IMG/VR virus record: IMGVR_UViG_2802429248_000006 | Location: 1-26,851 of that record | Strand: one strand, 5' to 3' | DNA length: 26,851 nt | DNA from: a virus | Lineage: Duplodnaviria > Heunggongvirae > Uroviricota > Caudoviricetes | Part shown: positions 8,677 to 16,243 of the stretch, piece after piece | Numbering within the stretch: the stretch's first letter is position 1 | Layout of the letters: each line of letters opens with the position of its first letter | Notes under the pieces: generated by a model | Seen by the model: the letters and a program-made list of their open reading frames with translations, nothing else | Databases searched by the model: none | What the model was told of the DNA's origin: nothing | Translations under genes and position numbers: made by a program

Positions 8677-9327
8677 TCAGCGGCTGTCATTGCGCAGTCT
8701 GCGCTCCAGCTGCTGTTTGTCTTTTTTCACGCCACAGCGGGGATCGAGCTGTAACGCATGGTTGAGATGATTAAGGGCGGAAGCCGGGTTGCTTTCACTC
8801 AGGACAGCGCCAATCGCTTTATGCAGACGCGCCCGTGACTGGTCCGGCATATCCAGACCGTCTGTCAGCTCCAGCGTCTGCAGCAACAGATCGGCATCAA
8901 AGCCGGTGGCGGCAAGCATTGCGCTCTGCGCCGCATCTGCCATTTCCTCTGCCAGCACGGTCTGCACGTTGCGGTTACCCAGCGGCATCACCCAGCCATG
9001 ACGCAGGGCATGACGCCCGATCTCCAGCGCCCCGGCATAATCTCCGGCATCAATGCGCCACAGCATCACGTACATCAGCACGTCATCCTGTTGCGCGCCT
9101 CCGCCAGCCAGGACACCCTCTGCCCAGGCGGCGTATTTCGGCAGCAGTTCCACCTTGATTTCCGCTTTTTTGACCGTGGACTGAACGCCCTTGAGACGGC
9201 GGCGGTCTTCCGCCAGTTGCAGCAGCATCAGGTCATAGCCCGACGCGTGGCGAACGCTGCCGCCCTCACGGGCGGCCTGTTCAGCCTGAACGCGCAGGCG
9301 ATGCTGCCGTGCGGGACTCAGGCTCAT
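8677..9327 (-). CDS. M: Terminase endonuclease (small) subunit M
   Basis: 216-aa ORF in P2 M position between N and L. Confidence 0.8.
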   Translation of the reverse strand: MSLSPARQHRLRVQAEQAAREGGSVRHASGYDLMLLQLAEDRRRLKGVQSTVKKAEIKVELLPKYAAWAEGVLAGGGAQQDDVLMYVMLWRIDAGDYAGALEIGRHALRHGWVMPLGNRNVQTVLAEEMADAAQSAMLAATGFDADLLLQTLELTDGLDMPDQSRARLHKAIGAVLSESNPASALNHLNHALQLDPRCGVKKDKQQLERRLRNDSR

Positions 9328-9330
9328 GGG

Positions 9331-10389
9331 TTACGCTCCGGCTTCTGCTGCGGCGGCGCTGAAATCGCCAATCTGGATGTTTTCCACCAGTGCAGCGCAG
9401 CGGTAGTCCTCAACCACATAGGCTTCGTTAACAGATTCAAAGTTTTCAATCCGGTCACGTTTCGGGTTGTCGATAACTGAACGGCGGCGGGTGTCTTCCT
9501 GCCAGTAGATGGACAGGTTATCCAGACGGGTGATCAGCAGCGCATTCGGCGGGAAGAACGGCGCACGCACGGCCTGCAGACCGCCCATGCGTTTCTGACT
9601 GATAATCATATCGGCTGCCAGTTTTTCACTGTTTTCCTGCTCTTTGTTGACCAGCGGGAAATACTTGTCAGACAGCAGTTCACGACCGCAAATCACCACC
9701 AGATCGTCATCATCCTGGTAGACCACGTCGATAAGCTCATTGACCGCATCCATCACTACAGCGTCCAGGTTGGCATATTCGCCACCTTTCCCGACTTTCA
9801 CCGCACCCGGTGTGGTTTCGCCGCCCGTGGTGGTGCTGCCCATGACGTGATCCGGTGCATCCTCACGGATTTTCTGCAGCCAGCCTTTGTTCACATCCTG
9901 CAGCAGCGGGTTTTCACTACGGTTGGAGGTTTTCGCACGCTTCACGCCGTTAAAGCCGATCATGATGCGGTCCAGAGCCTGACGTTTCACGATGGCGTCA
10001 CGGATACGCACCTGGAAATCCTGAAACTTCGCCCACAGGTCCAGCTTCGCGTAGGTCAGCACCGTGTCAAAGTTGGTCTGCTCGCATTTATATTCCACAT
10101 CGACCATCAGCGTCGGATCGACAGGTTCACGCTCTTTCGCGGTGGTGTCAGTGGTTCCGGCAATGGTGCTGCCAACACCCAGCCCCAGCAGCTGACCGGA
10201 CTGCTCAGTCACTGGCGTGACGTTAATCAGCGTCAGGAAGGCGGCGGACTGCTGGATCTGGTCTTCCAGCGTCTGCTGCACAGACGGCTCCACAGTGAAT
10301 TTGCTGGAGAGTTCTTCAACTGCCACACCGTTCAGACGCGCCAGCTGCTGCAGGTAAGCGTTAAAAGCAAAGCGGGTATTCTTCTTCAT
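9331..10389 (-). CDS. N: Major capsid protein N
   Basis: 352-aa ORF; P2 N-like size (357 aa) and position. Confidence 0.9.
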   Translation of the reverse strand: MKKNTRFAFNAYLQQLARLNGVAVEELSSKFTVEPSVQQTLEDQIQQSAAFLTLINVTPVTEQSGQLLGLGVGSTIAGTTDTTAKEREPVDPTLMVDVEYKCEQTNFDTVLTYAKLDLWAKFQDFQVRIRDAIVKRQALDRIMIGFNGVKRAKTSNRSENPLLQDVNKGWLQKIREDAPDHVMGSTTTGGETTPGAVKVGKGGEYANLDAVVMDAVNELIDVVYQDDDDLVVICGRELLSDKYFPLVNKEQENSEKLAADMIISQKRMGGLQAVRAPFFPPNALLITRLDNLSIYWQEDTRRRSVIDNPKRDRIENFESVNEAYVVEDYRCAALVENIQIGDFSAAAAEAGA

Positions 10390-10405
10390 CGGGTTTTGTG
10401 CTCCA

Positions 10406-11239
10406 TCAGCAATTGGTCAGAGTGTCAGCGGGGGCGTTACCGCCTGTTGCACGCTGGCGGTAGTCCTGGCGGCTGTCTTCATGACTCAGCTTGTCCACCA
10501 GTTCGTTAAAGGCGGTCTGCTGTGCCTGCAGGGCAGTCTCCAGCTCAGACAGGCGTTCTTCCTGCTCAGACAGGGATTTTTCGGTGCGTGCGCTCAGGTT
10601 CTGCTGCTCAGTGGCGACCAGCTCCACGGCCTTATGCACATCAGAGAACCGGGCGTCATCGGACTGCTCTTTTTTGGTAAACAGCGCCGTGACACGGGCA
10701 AACAGGGACGGTTTGTCGTCCTGGACTTCTTCCAGTTCGATCACCGTTTCCTCTGCAGCGGTAAAAAGATTGGCGGGATTCTGCTTGCGGTTTGCCAGCG
10801 GGTTATGGGCTGCACTGGCGCTGAATGTCAGCATTTCCGTACCCAGACTGGCGGGATCATCAGTGGCAGCCAGGCCGACCAGATAGGCTTTGCCCGTATC
10901 AGCGAACTTCGGGCTGACTTCCATAGAGGTGAATAATTTCTGGCCTTTTTTCACCAGTTCCACCAGGGACTCCGTTGGCTCAACGTCGGCATACAGCGCC
11001 ATCTTGCCTGCCAGCGGACCTTCCGTGATTTCTTCAGCAAACAGCGCCGTCACCTTGCCGTAGCGGTTAAAGGTGCTGTCCGGCAGATAAGACTTGATGT
11101 GCTCAAGGTTAATCAGCGCGGTATACACCGCCGGGTTGTAGCTGGCTGCCATCTGTTCCAGCCATTCACGCTGGATTTCGCGTCCGTCGGTGGTGGCACC
11201 TTCCACCCCGATGCGAAAACGCTTTGCTTTCACTGTCAT
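10406..11239 (-). CDS. O: Capsid scaffolding protein O
   Basis: 277-aa ORF, first gene of the minus-strand late operon, divergent from P. Confidence 0.85.
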   Translation of the reverse strand: MTVKAKRFRIGVEGATTDGREIQREWLEQMAASYNPAVYTALINLEHIKSYLPDSTFNRYGKVTALFAEEITEGPLAGKMALYADVEPTESLVELVKKGQKLFTSMEVSPKFADTGKAYLVGLAATDDPASLGTEMLTFSASAAHNPLANRKQNPANLFTAAEETVIELEEVQDDKPSLFARVTALFTKKEQSDDARFSDVHKAVELVATEQQNLSARTEKSLSEQEERLSELETALQAQQTAFNELVDKLSHEDSRQDYRQRATGGNAPADTLTNC

Positions 11240-11319
11240 GAGCCGTGCTCCGTTAGAAAAAACTTACTGGAGCCTTATGGTTGCGGTGATAGGGGCAGTG
11301 AAACAATGCGCGGTATTTG

Positions 11320-11337
11320 TACCGACAACCACACAAA
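11320..11337. promoter_or_regulatory. TGT-N12-ACA dyad in the O/P divergent late-promoter region
   Basis: TGTACCGACAACCACACA in the 142-bp intergenic region between divergent O and P. Confidence 0.35.
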
Positions 11338-11381
11338 CCGCAGGCGGGGAAAGCCTTCATTCAAGGCTGTAGGTTTGTGCC

Positions 11382-13148
11382 ATGAACACCACACTGACAC
11401 CCGCAGATCTCGATCCCCGTCGGCAGGCCATGCTGCTGTACTTTCAGGGATACCGCGTCGCCCGCATTGCTGAAATGCTGGGCGAGAAAGTTGCAACCGT
11501 TCACAGCTGGAAAAAACGCGACAAGTGGGGTGACTATGGGCCGCTGGATCAGATGCAGCTCACCACCGCCGCACGCTACTGCCAGCTCATTATGAAGGAG
11601 CACAAAGAAGGGAAAGATTTCAAAGAGATTGACCTGCTGGCGCGCCAGTCGGAGCGCCACGCGCGGATCGGCAAGTTTAACAATGGCGGCAACGAAGCCG
11701 ACTTAAACCCTAACGTCGCCAACCGCAACAAAGGCCCACGCCGTCAGCCTGAAAAGAATGTTTTCACCGATGAACAGATTGAGAAGCTGGAAGAAATTTT
11801 CCATTCCTCCATGTTCAACTACCAGCGCCACTGGTGGGAAGCCGGAAAAACCAACCGCATCCGCAACCTGCTGAAGTCACGCCAGATCGGCGCGACCTTC
11901 TATTTTGCCCGTGAAGCCCTGATTGACGCTCTGCTGACCGGACGTAACCAGATTTTCCTTTCCGCAAGCAAGGCACAGGCCCACGTCTTTAAGCAGTACA
12001 TCATCGACTTCGCCAAAGAAGTGGAGGTGGAGCTGAAAGGCGATCCGATGGTGCTTCCTAACGGGGCCACGCTTTACTTCCTCGGCACCAATGCCCGCAC
12101 GGCCCAGAGTTATCACGGCAACCTGTATCTGGATGAATATTTCTGGATACCAAAATTCCAGGAGCTGCGCAAAGTGGCTTCCGGTATGGCTATTCACAAG
12201 AAATGGCGGCAGACCTATTTTTCCACGCCATCCAGCCTGACACACAGTGCTTATCCGTTCTGGTCCGGTGCGCTGTTCAACCGTGGGCGCAACAAAGCCG
12301 ACAAGGTGGACATCGACCTGTCCCACAGCAATCTGGCCCCCGGCCTGCTGTGCGCAGACGGGCAATACCGCCAGATAGTCACCGTGGAGGATGCGGTGCG
12401 CGGCGGCTGTAACCTGTTCGATCTCGACCAGTTGCGCATGGAGTACAGCCCGGACGAATACCAGAACCTGCTGATGTGTGAGTTCGTGGATGATCTCGCG
12501 TCCGTGTTCCCGCTCAGCGAGCTGCAGGCATGCATGGTGGACAGCTGGGAAGTCTGGACCGACTTTCATGCACTGGCCCTGCGCCCATTTGGCTGGCGCG
12601 AAGTGTGGATCGGTTATGACCCGGCTAAAGGTACGCAGAACGGCGACAGCGCCGGATGCGTGGTGGTGGCACCGCCAGCCGTGCCAGGCGGTAAGTTTCG
12701 CATTCTTGAGCGTCACCAGTGGCGCGGGATGGACTTCCGCGCCCAGGCTGACGCCATCAAAAAACTGACCGAACAGTACAACGTGACCTATATCGGTATC
12801 GACTCGACCGGCGTTGGTCACGGGGTTTATGAGAACGTGAAAGCGTTCTTTCCTGCCGTCCGGGAGTTTGTCTACAACCCCACCGTTAAAAACGCCCTGG
12901 TACTCAAGGCCTACGACATTATCAGCCACCGCCGCCTGGAGTTTGACGCCGGACACACCGACATAGCGCAGTCCTTTATGGCAATCCGTCGCGCCACCAC
13001 CGCCAGTGGCAACCGCCCGACCTATGAAGCCAGCCGCAGCGAAGAAGCCAGTCACGCCGATCTGGCCTGGGCAACGATGCATGCACTGTTTAATGAACCG
13101 CTGCAGGGCGAGTCCGCCAATACCAGCAATATTGTGGAGATTTTTTGA
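11382..13148 (+). CDS. P: Terminase large (ATPase) subunit P
   Basis: 588-aa ORF, divergent from O; P2 P-like size and position. Confidence 0.9.
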   Translation: MNTTLTPADLDPRRQAMLLYFQGYRVARIAEMLGEKVATVHSWKKRDKWGDYGPLDQMQLTTAARYCQLIMKEHKEGKDFKEIDLLARQSERHARIGKFNNGGNEADLNPNVANRNKGPRRQPEKNVFTDEQIEKLEEIFHSSMFNYQRHWWEAGKTNRIRNLLKSRQIGATFYFAREALIDALLTGRNQIFLSASKAQAHVFKQYIIDFAKEVEVELKGDPMVLPNGATLYFLGTNARTAQSYHGNLYLDEYFWIPKFQELRKVASGMAIHKKWRQTYFSTPSSLTHSAYPFWSGALFNRGRNKADKVDIDLSHSNLAPGLLCADGQYRQIVTVEDAVRGGCNLFDLDQLRMEYSPDEYQNLLMCEFVDDLASVFPLSELQACMVDSWEVWTDFHALALRPFGWREVWIGYDPAKGTQNGDSAGCVVVAPPAVPGGKFRILERHQWRGMDFRAQADAIKKLTEQYNVTYIGIDSTGVGHGVYENVKAFFPAVREFVYNPTVKNALVLKAYDIISHRRLEFDAGHTDIAQSFMAIRRATTASGNRPTYEASRSEEASHADLAWATMHALFNEPLQGESANTSNIVEIF

Positions 13149-14176
13149 TGGGAAAGAGTAAGAAAAACCGCACTGCGGCGACGAATCAGATCCAGCATAA
13201 AAACCAAACTTCAGCCGAAGCATTCAGCTTCGGCGATCCCGTTCCTGTTCTGGACCGCCGAGAATTACTGGACTATGTGGAATGCGTACAGATGGACCGT
13301 TGGTATGAGCCGCCCGTCAGCTTTGACGGACTGGCGCGCACCTTCCGCGCTGCCGTGCATCACAGTTCCCCGATTGCAGTAAAGTGCAACATTCTGACCA
13401 GTACCTATATCCCTCATCCTCTGCTCAGCCAGCAGGCTTTTTCGCGTTTTGTGCAGGACTATCTGGTATTTGGCAACGCCTATCTGGAGAAACGCACGAA
13501 CCGCTTCGGTGAAGTGATCGCCCTTGAACCTGCGCTGGCAAAATACACCCGACGCGGATTAGACCTGGATACCTACTGGTTTGTGCAATACGGTATGACA
13601 ACCCAGCCGTATCAGTTCACGAAAGGCAGTATTTTTCATCTGATGGAACCGGACATCAACCAGGAGATCTACGGCCTGCCCGGTTATCTTTCTGCCATTC
13701 CGTCAGCCCTGCTCAACGAGTCCGCCACGTTGTTCCGCCGTAAGTATTACATCAACGGCAGCCATGCAGGCTTCATCATGTACATGACCGATGCCGCGCA
13801 GAATCAGGAGGACGTGAACAACCTCCGCAACGCGATGAAAAGCGCCAAAGGACCGGGTAACTTCCGCAACCTGTTTATGTACTCGCCTAACGGCAAAAAG
13901 GACGGGCTTCAGATTATCCCGTTGTCAGAGGTCGCGGCGAAGGATGAGTTTCTGAATATCAAAAATGTCAGCCGCGATGACATGATGGCTGCGCACCGCG
14001 TGCCGCCGCAAATGATGGGGATTATGCCTAATAATGTTGGGGGGTTTGGGGATGCGGAGAAAGCTAGCCGGGTATTTGTTCGCAACGAATTAATTCCTCT
14101 CCAGAAGAGACTGCAGGAACTGAATGAATGGCTAGATGATGAAGTCATAACCTTTAAAAGGTATAGTCTCGATTAA
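13145..14176 (+). CDS. Q: Portal protein Q
   Basis: 343-aa ORF overlapping the P stop; P2 Q-like; the final ~50 codons drop in GC. Confidence 0.9.
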   Translation: MMGKSKKNRTAATNQIQHKNQTSAEAFSFGDPVPVLDRRELLDYVECVQMDRWYEPPVSFDGLARTFRAAVHHSSPIAVKCNILTSTYIPHPLLSQQAFSRFVQDYLVFGNAYLEKRTNRFGEVIALEPALAKYTRRGLDLDTYWFVQYGMTTQPYQFTKGSIFHLMEPDINQEIYGLPGYLSAIPSALLNESATLFRRKYYINGSHAGFIMYMTDAAQNQEDVNNLRNAMKSAKGPGNFRNLFMYSPNGKKDGLQIIPLSEVAAKDEFLNIKNVSRDDMMAAHRVPPQMMGIMPNNVGGFGDAEKASRVFVRNELIPLQKRLQELNEWLDDEVITFKRYSLD

Positions 14177-14184
14177 ACTAAAAT

Positions 14185-14209
14185 AATGGCTGGCGAAGGT
14201 CCAGCCATT
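14185..14209. terminator. Hairpin between convergent Q and the cargo gene (bidirectional terminator candidate)
   Basis: AATGGCTGG-cgaaggt-CCAGCCATT: 9-bp stem, 7-nt loop, A/T flanks, in the 38-bp gap between two convergent stop codons. Confidence 0.5.
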
Positions 14210-14214
14210 AAATG

Positions 14215-15318
14215 TTAATCTTGCTCAGGCTCATAACGTGGTTCAATACTGCCAAAATTAACATATTTAATAACCGACGTTAACTCTATATCCTCAGCGT
14301 CCATATTATCATAATTCCTATCGAAATCATTAAATATGGTAAAGATCACACTGGTAGTATCATCAACTTCTGTAAACTCCGTTGTAGCAGCCAAGTAAAC
14401 ATTATCTTTATCTATAGAATCGTAATGATAAAAATTAAATTCACACTCAGCATTATATGTTACTGTGACTTTAATCTCAAAAGTCGCATAATCTTGACTA
14501 ACATCTATAACATTAATAGAAGGTTCAAACTCAACGTCTGATACATAACAATAGTTAGCCTCCGGCTCAAAACTAAGGTAGGAATCAGCCTCTGCCATAA
14601 AACTCACATCATCATAACGGCTAATAACTACACTTCTAATAGAGTCCAATAGGGTAATAGATTTTCCAGCCTCTATATCGAGCATTAAACGCTGAGCAAA
14701 CTCATATGGAGCTGTTCTAGGTTGAAAGTGCGTTAATGCTTCGCCTAAATCCTGAATGCAGGTTACATAATCTGAACCACTACAGTATTCAATCCATCCC
14801 TGGTCTCTTGAAATTGCTATTATTTTTTTATGAGATTTTTTAGCATAAGCCTCAATTGCAAATAGAACTGTTGCATCTGGAAACTCCTCCTTCCTTTTCT
14901 TTCTATCAGCGAAGGGCGGAGTTAAATTAAAATAAGCATCAAATACTTCATCAAGTGTTGTATAGTCACTACACTTAATTTCAACCGCACCACATTTTTT
15001 CAAATATTCTTCTATCCTTGAAGAGGCCAACGCATCAGAACTGACCATTTGTATAGAGTTTTCAAAAATAGATTCAGTCTCTTTGCTGGTTAGCAAAGAA
15101 TGTATCAGTGCATCTTTAAGAGATTTATCCAGTGCATCTTGTGATTCTTTAATTTTTTTTGATAGATGACTTTGCACTTCATTTTTCACGATGTCAGGCA
15201 TAAGAAAATCCACTTGGCTATGACAAAACTGCTTCATCCGTGCAAGCATACCTTCGTTAAAACGCCAGTGATAATTATCAATAGTTTGTGTATCTAAAAC
15301 TATAGCATCGTATGACAC
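14215..15318 (-). CDS. Hypothetical cargo protein, 367 aa; N-terminal PIN-like nuclease-type fold suspected, C-terminal acidic beta-rich domain of unknown function
   Basis: Long intact ORF with GTG start and an AAGGAG Shine-Dalgarno; visibly AT-rich against the GC-rich flanks; N-terminus AIVLDTQTI plus later acidic residues (E47, PDATVL, SRDQGW) resemble a PIN-like pattern. Confidence 0.6.
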   Translation of the reverse strand: MSYDAIVLDTQTIDNYHWRFNEGMLARMKQFCHSQVDFLMPDIVKNEVQSHLSKKIKESQDALDKSLKDALIHSLLTSKETESIFENSIQMVSSDALASSRIEEYLKKCGAVEIKCSDYTTLDEVFDAYFNLTPPFADRKKRKEEFPDATVLFAIEAYAKKSHKKIIAISRDQGWIEYCSGSDYVTCIQDLGEALTHFQPRTAPYEFAQRLMLDIEAGKSITLLDSIRSVVISRYDDVSFMAEADSYLSFEPEANYCYVSDVEFEPSINVIDVSQDYATFEIKVTVTYNAECEFNFYHYDSIDKDNVYLAATTEFTEVDDTTSVIFTIFNDFDRNYDNMDAEDIELTSVIKYVNFGSIEPRYEPEQD

Positions 15319-15435
15319 AAGCTCGCTCCTTCTTCTTTAATGCACAACAGAGTGTTCTACAAAATCATCTAAGATGAAAGTTGTAAACCTAACCGTCTAT
15401 GTCTGCAAGTTTTCTTTTTTTCCTCTCAGCGCGCG

Positions 15436-15454
15436 CTCGTATCCCCGCCACGCC
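15436..15454 (-). other. Putative cos (cohesive-end) site
   Basis: Minus strand reads GGCGTGGCGGGGATACGAG; the first 13 nt match my recollection of the 186/P2 cos 19-mer; lies between the A side and the Q side as expected. Confidence 0.4.
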
Positions 15455-15495
15455 TGCCCGCTTTATGTAGTGGTTTTCATGCACCTGCATGATCT

Positions 15496-15523
15496 ACGCA
15501 AAAGCCCGCCAGTTCTGGCGGGC
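15496..15523 (-). terminator. Rho-independent terminator for the minus-strand SOS/early transcript
   Basis: GC-rich stem GCCCGCCAG/CTGGCGGGC followed on the minus strand by a short T-tract (TTTTGCG). Confidence 0.5.
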
Positions 15524-15658
15524 CTTAGCAAAAACGATCCTCAAACGATCATGCGATCTCATGCGGCATAGACATGCACTACAGAGCTAACGCCTCGCAA
15601 GGGCTGGTTGTTCAACCTTGCTGACGCCAGAAGCAAGTTCAGACGCCAGCAACGTTTC

Positions 15659-15891
15659 TTAATGCAGCCAGCTGTCGTCTTCCCACACCTTCTGCATAAT
15701 TTTCATCACTTGTTTTCTTTCTTCGTCCAGTTGCAGTCCGGTTAGTTCCACACCGTTAGAGCTACCTTTGCGAATGCGAATTACCGTTTTGGATACAGGG
15801 GGCGCAGATTGCGGTAAAGCTCGGATTCAAGGGCGTCCAGGGTAGACTGGCTAATCTTCTGCTCTTTATCGATCATTATTTCAATGCGCAT
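15659..15891 (-). pseudogene. dinI: DinI-like gene interrupted by a 1-nt frameshift in an A4 run
   Basis: N-terminal 29 aa MRIEIMIDKEQKISQSTLDALESELYRNL resemble DinI; reading stops after RPLYPKR, but the -1 frame continues ...VIRIRKGSSNGVELTGLQLDEERKQVMKIMQKVWEDDSWLH, matching the DinI C-terminus; shift point is the A-run at ~15787-15790. Confidence 0.65.
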
Positions 15892-15901
15892 AAAAGTCAC
15901 C

Positions 15902-16090
15902 TCAGCTGATGACATCCATTGAGCGGTTGTATTCGTGGGTTCTGATTTTTGCCATGAGTTCATCTGTTAGTTCAGAAACCCACTGCAGAGCCAGCCCCTT
16001 CTCTTCATCACTACACTCACTAGCCGCTACAAGCTTAAGAAAAAAATCAATGCGCTGGAGCTTCAAAGACTCCAAAAAATAGTCCTGCAT
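15902..16090 (-). CDS. Small SOS-regulated protein (62 aa), possible Tum-like antirepressor N-terminal module
   Basis: ORF 15902..16192 trimmed to the internal ATG preceded by AGGAGGAAAG; sits directly downstream of the LexA box and upstream of the DinI-like gene. Confidence 0.45.
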   Translation of the reverse strand: MQDYFLESLKLQRIDFFLKLVAASECSDEEKGLALQWVSELTDELMAKIRTHEYNRSMDVIS

Positions 16091-16132
16091 CTTTCCTCCT
16101 ATGACACCACAAGAAATACTGTATGTATAACC

Positions 16133-16151
16133 ACTGTTTATATTTACAGTA
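16133..16151 (-). promoter_or_regulatory. LexA box (SOS operator)
   Basis: aCTGTttatatttACAGta fits CTGT-N8-ACAG with an AT-rich spacer; located just upstream of the small ORF and overlapping an AT-rich promoter-like region. Confidence 0.7.
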
Positions 16152-16243
16152 TATAATAATCTTACTGATGTAAAACGTTTTTTTACGTTCATCAGCCTGA
16201 TATGCCTGGTATTATTAAGAGCACGAATTGTTAATCCGCGTAA

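Noticed and set aside
9847-10509. 220-aa plus-strand ORF overlapping the major capsid gene N
   Set aside because: Antisense to a strongly supported structural gene; no independent evidence of coding.
11341-11356. GGCGGGGAAAGC match to the cos core just upstream of P
   Set aside because: Only a ~12-nt partial match, located in the O/P promoter region where no cos is expected; the 15436-15454 site has the right genomic position.
11372-11389. Second TGT-N12-ACA dyad overlapping the P start codon
   Set aside because: Overlaps the initiation codon and early coding sequence, so an activator site here makes little sense; the short motif is probably a chance occurrence.
11877-13223. 448-aa minus-strand ORF antisense to the large terminase gene P
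   Set aside because: Lies entirely inside the well-supported P coding region on the opposite strand; typical spurious antisense ORF in GC-rich DNA with no ribosome-binding site or homology cues.
15781-15963. 60-aa ORF from the track taken at face value as an intact gene
   Set aside because: Only the internal ATG with a GAGGTGA Shine-Dalgarno is plausible, and the product is a truncated DinI-like N-terminus; reinterpreted as part of the frameshifted DinI-like gene.
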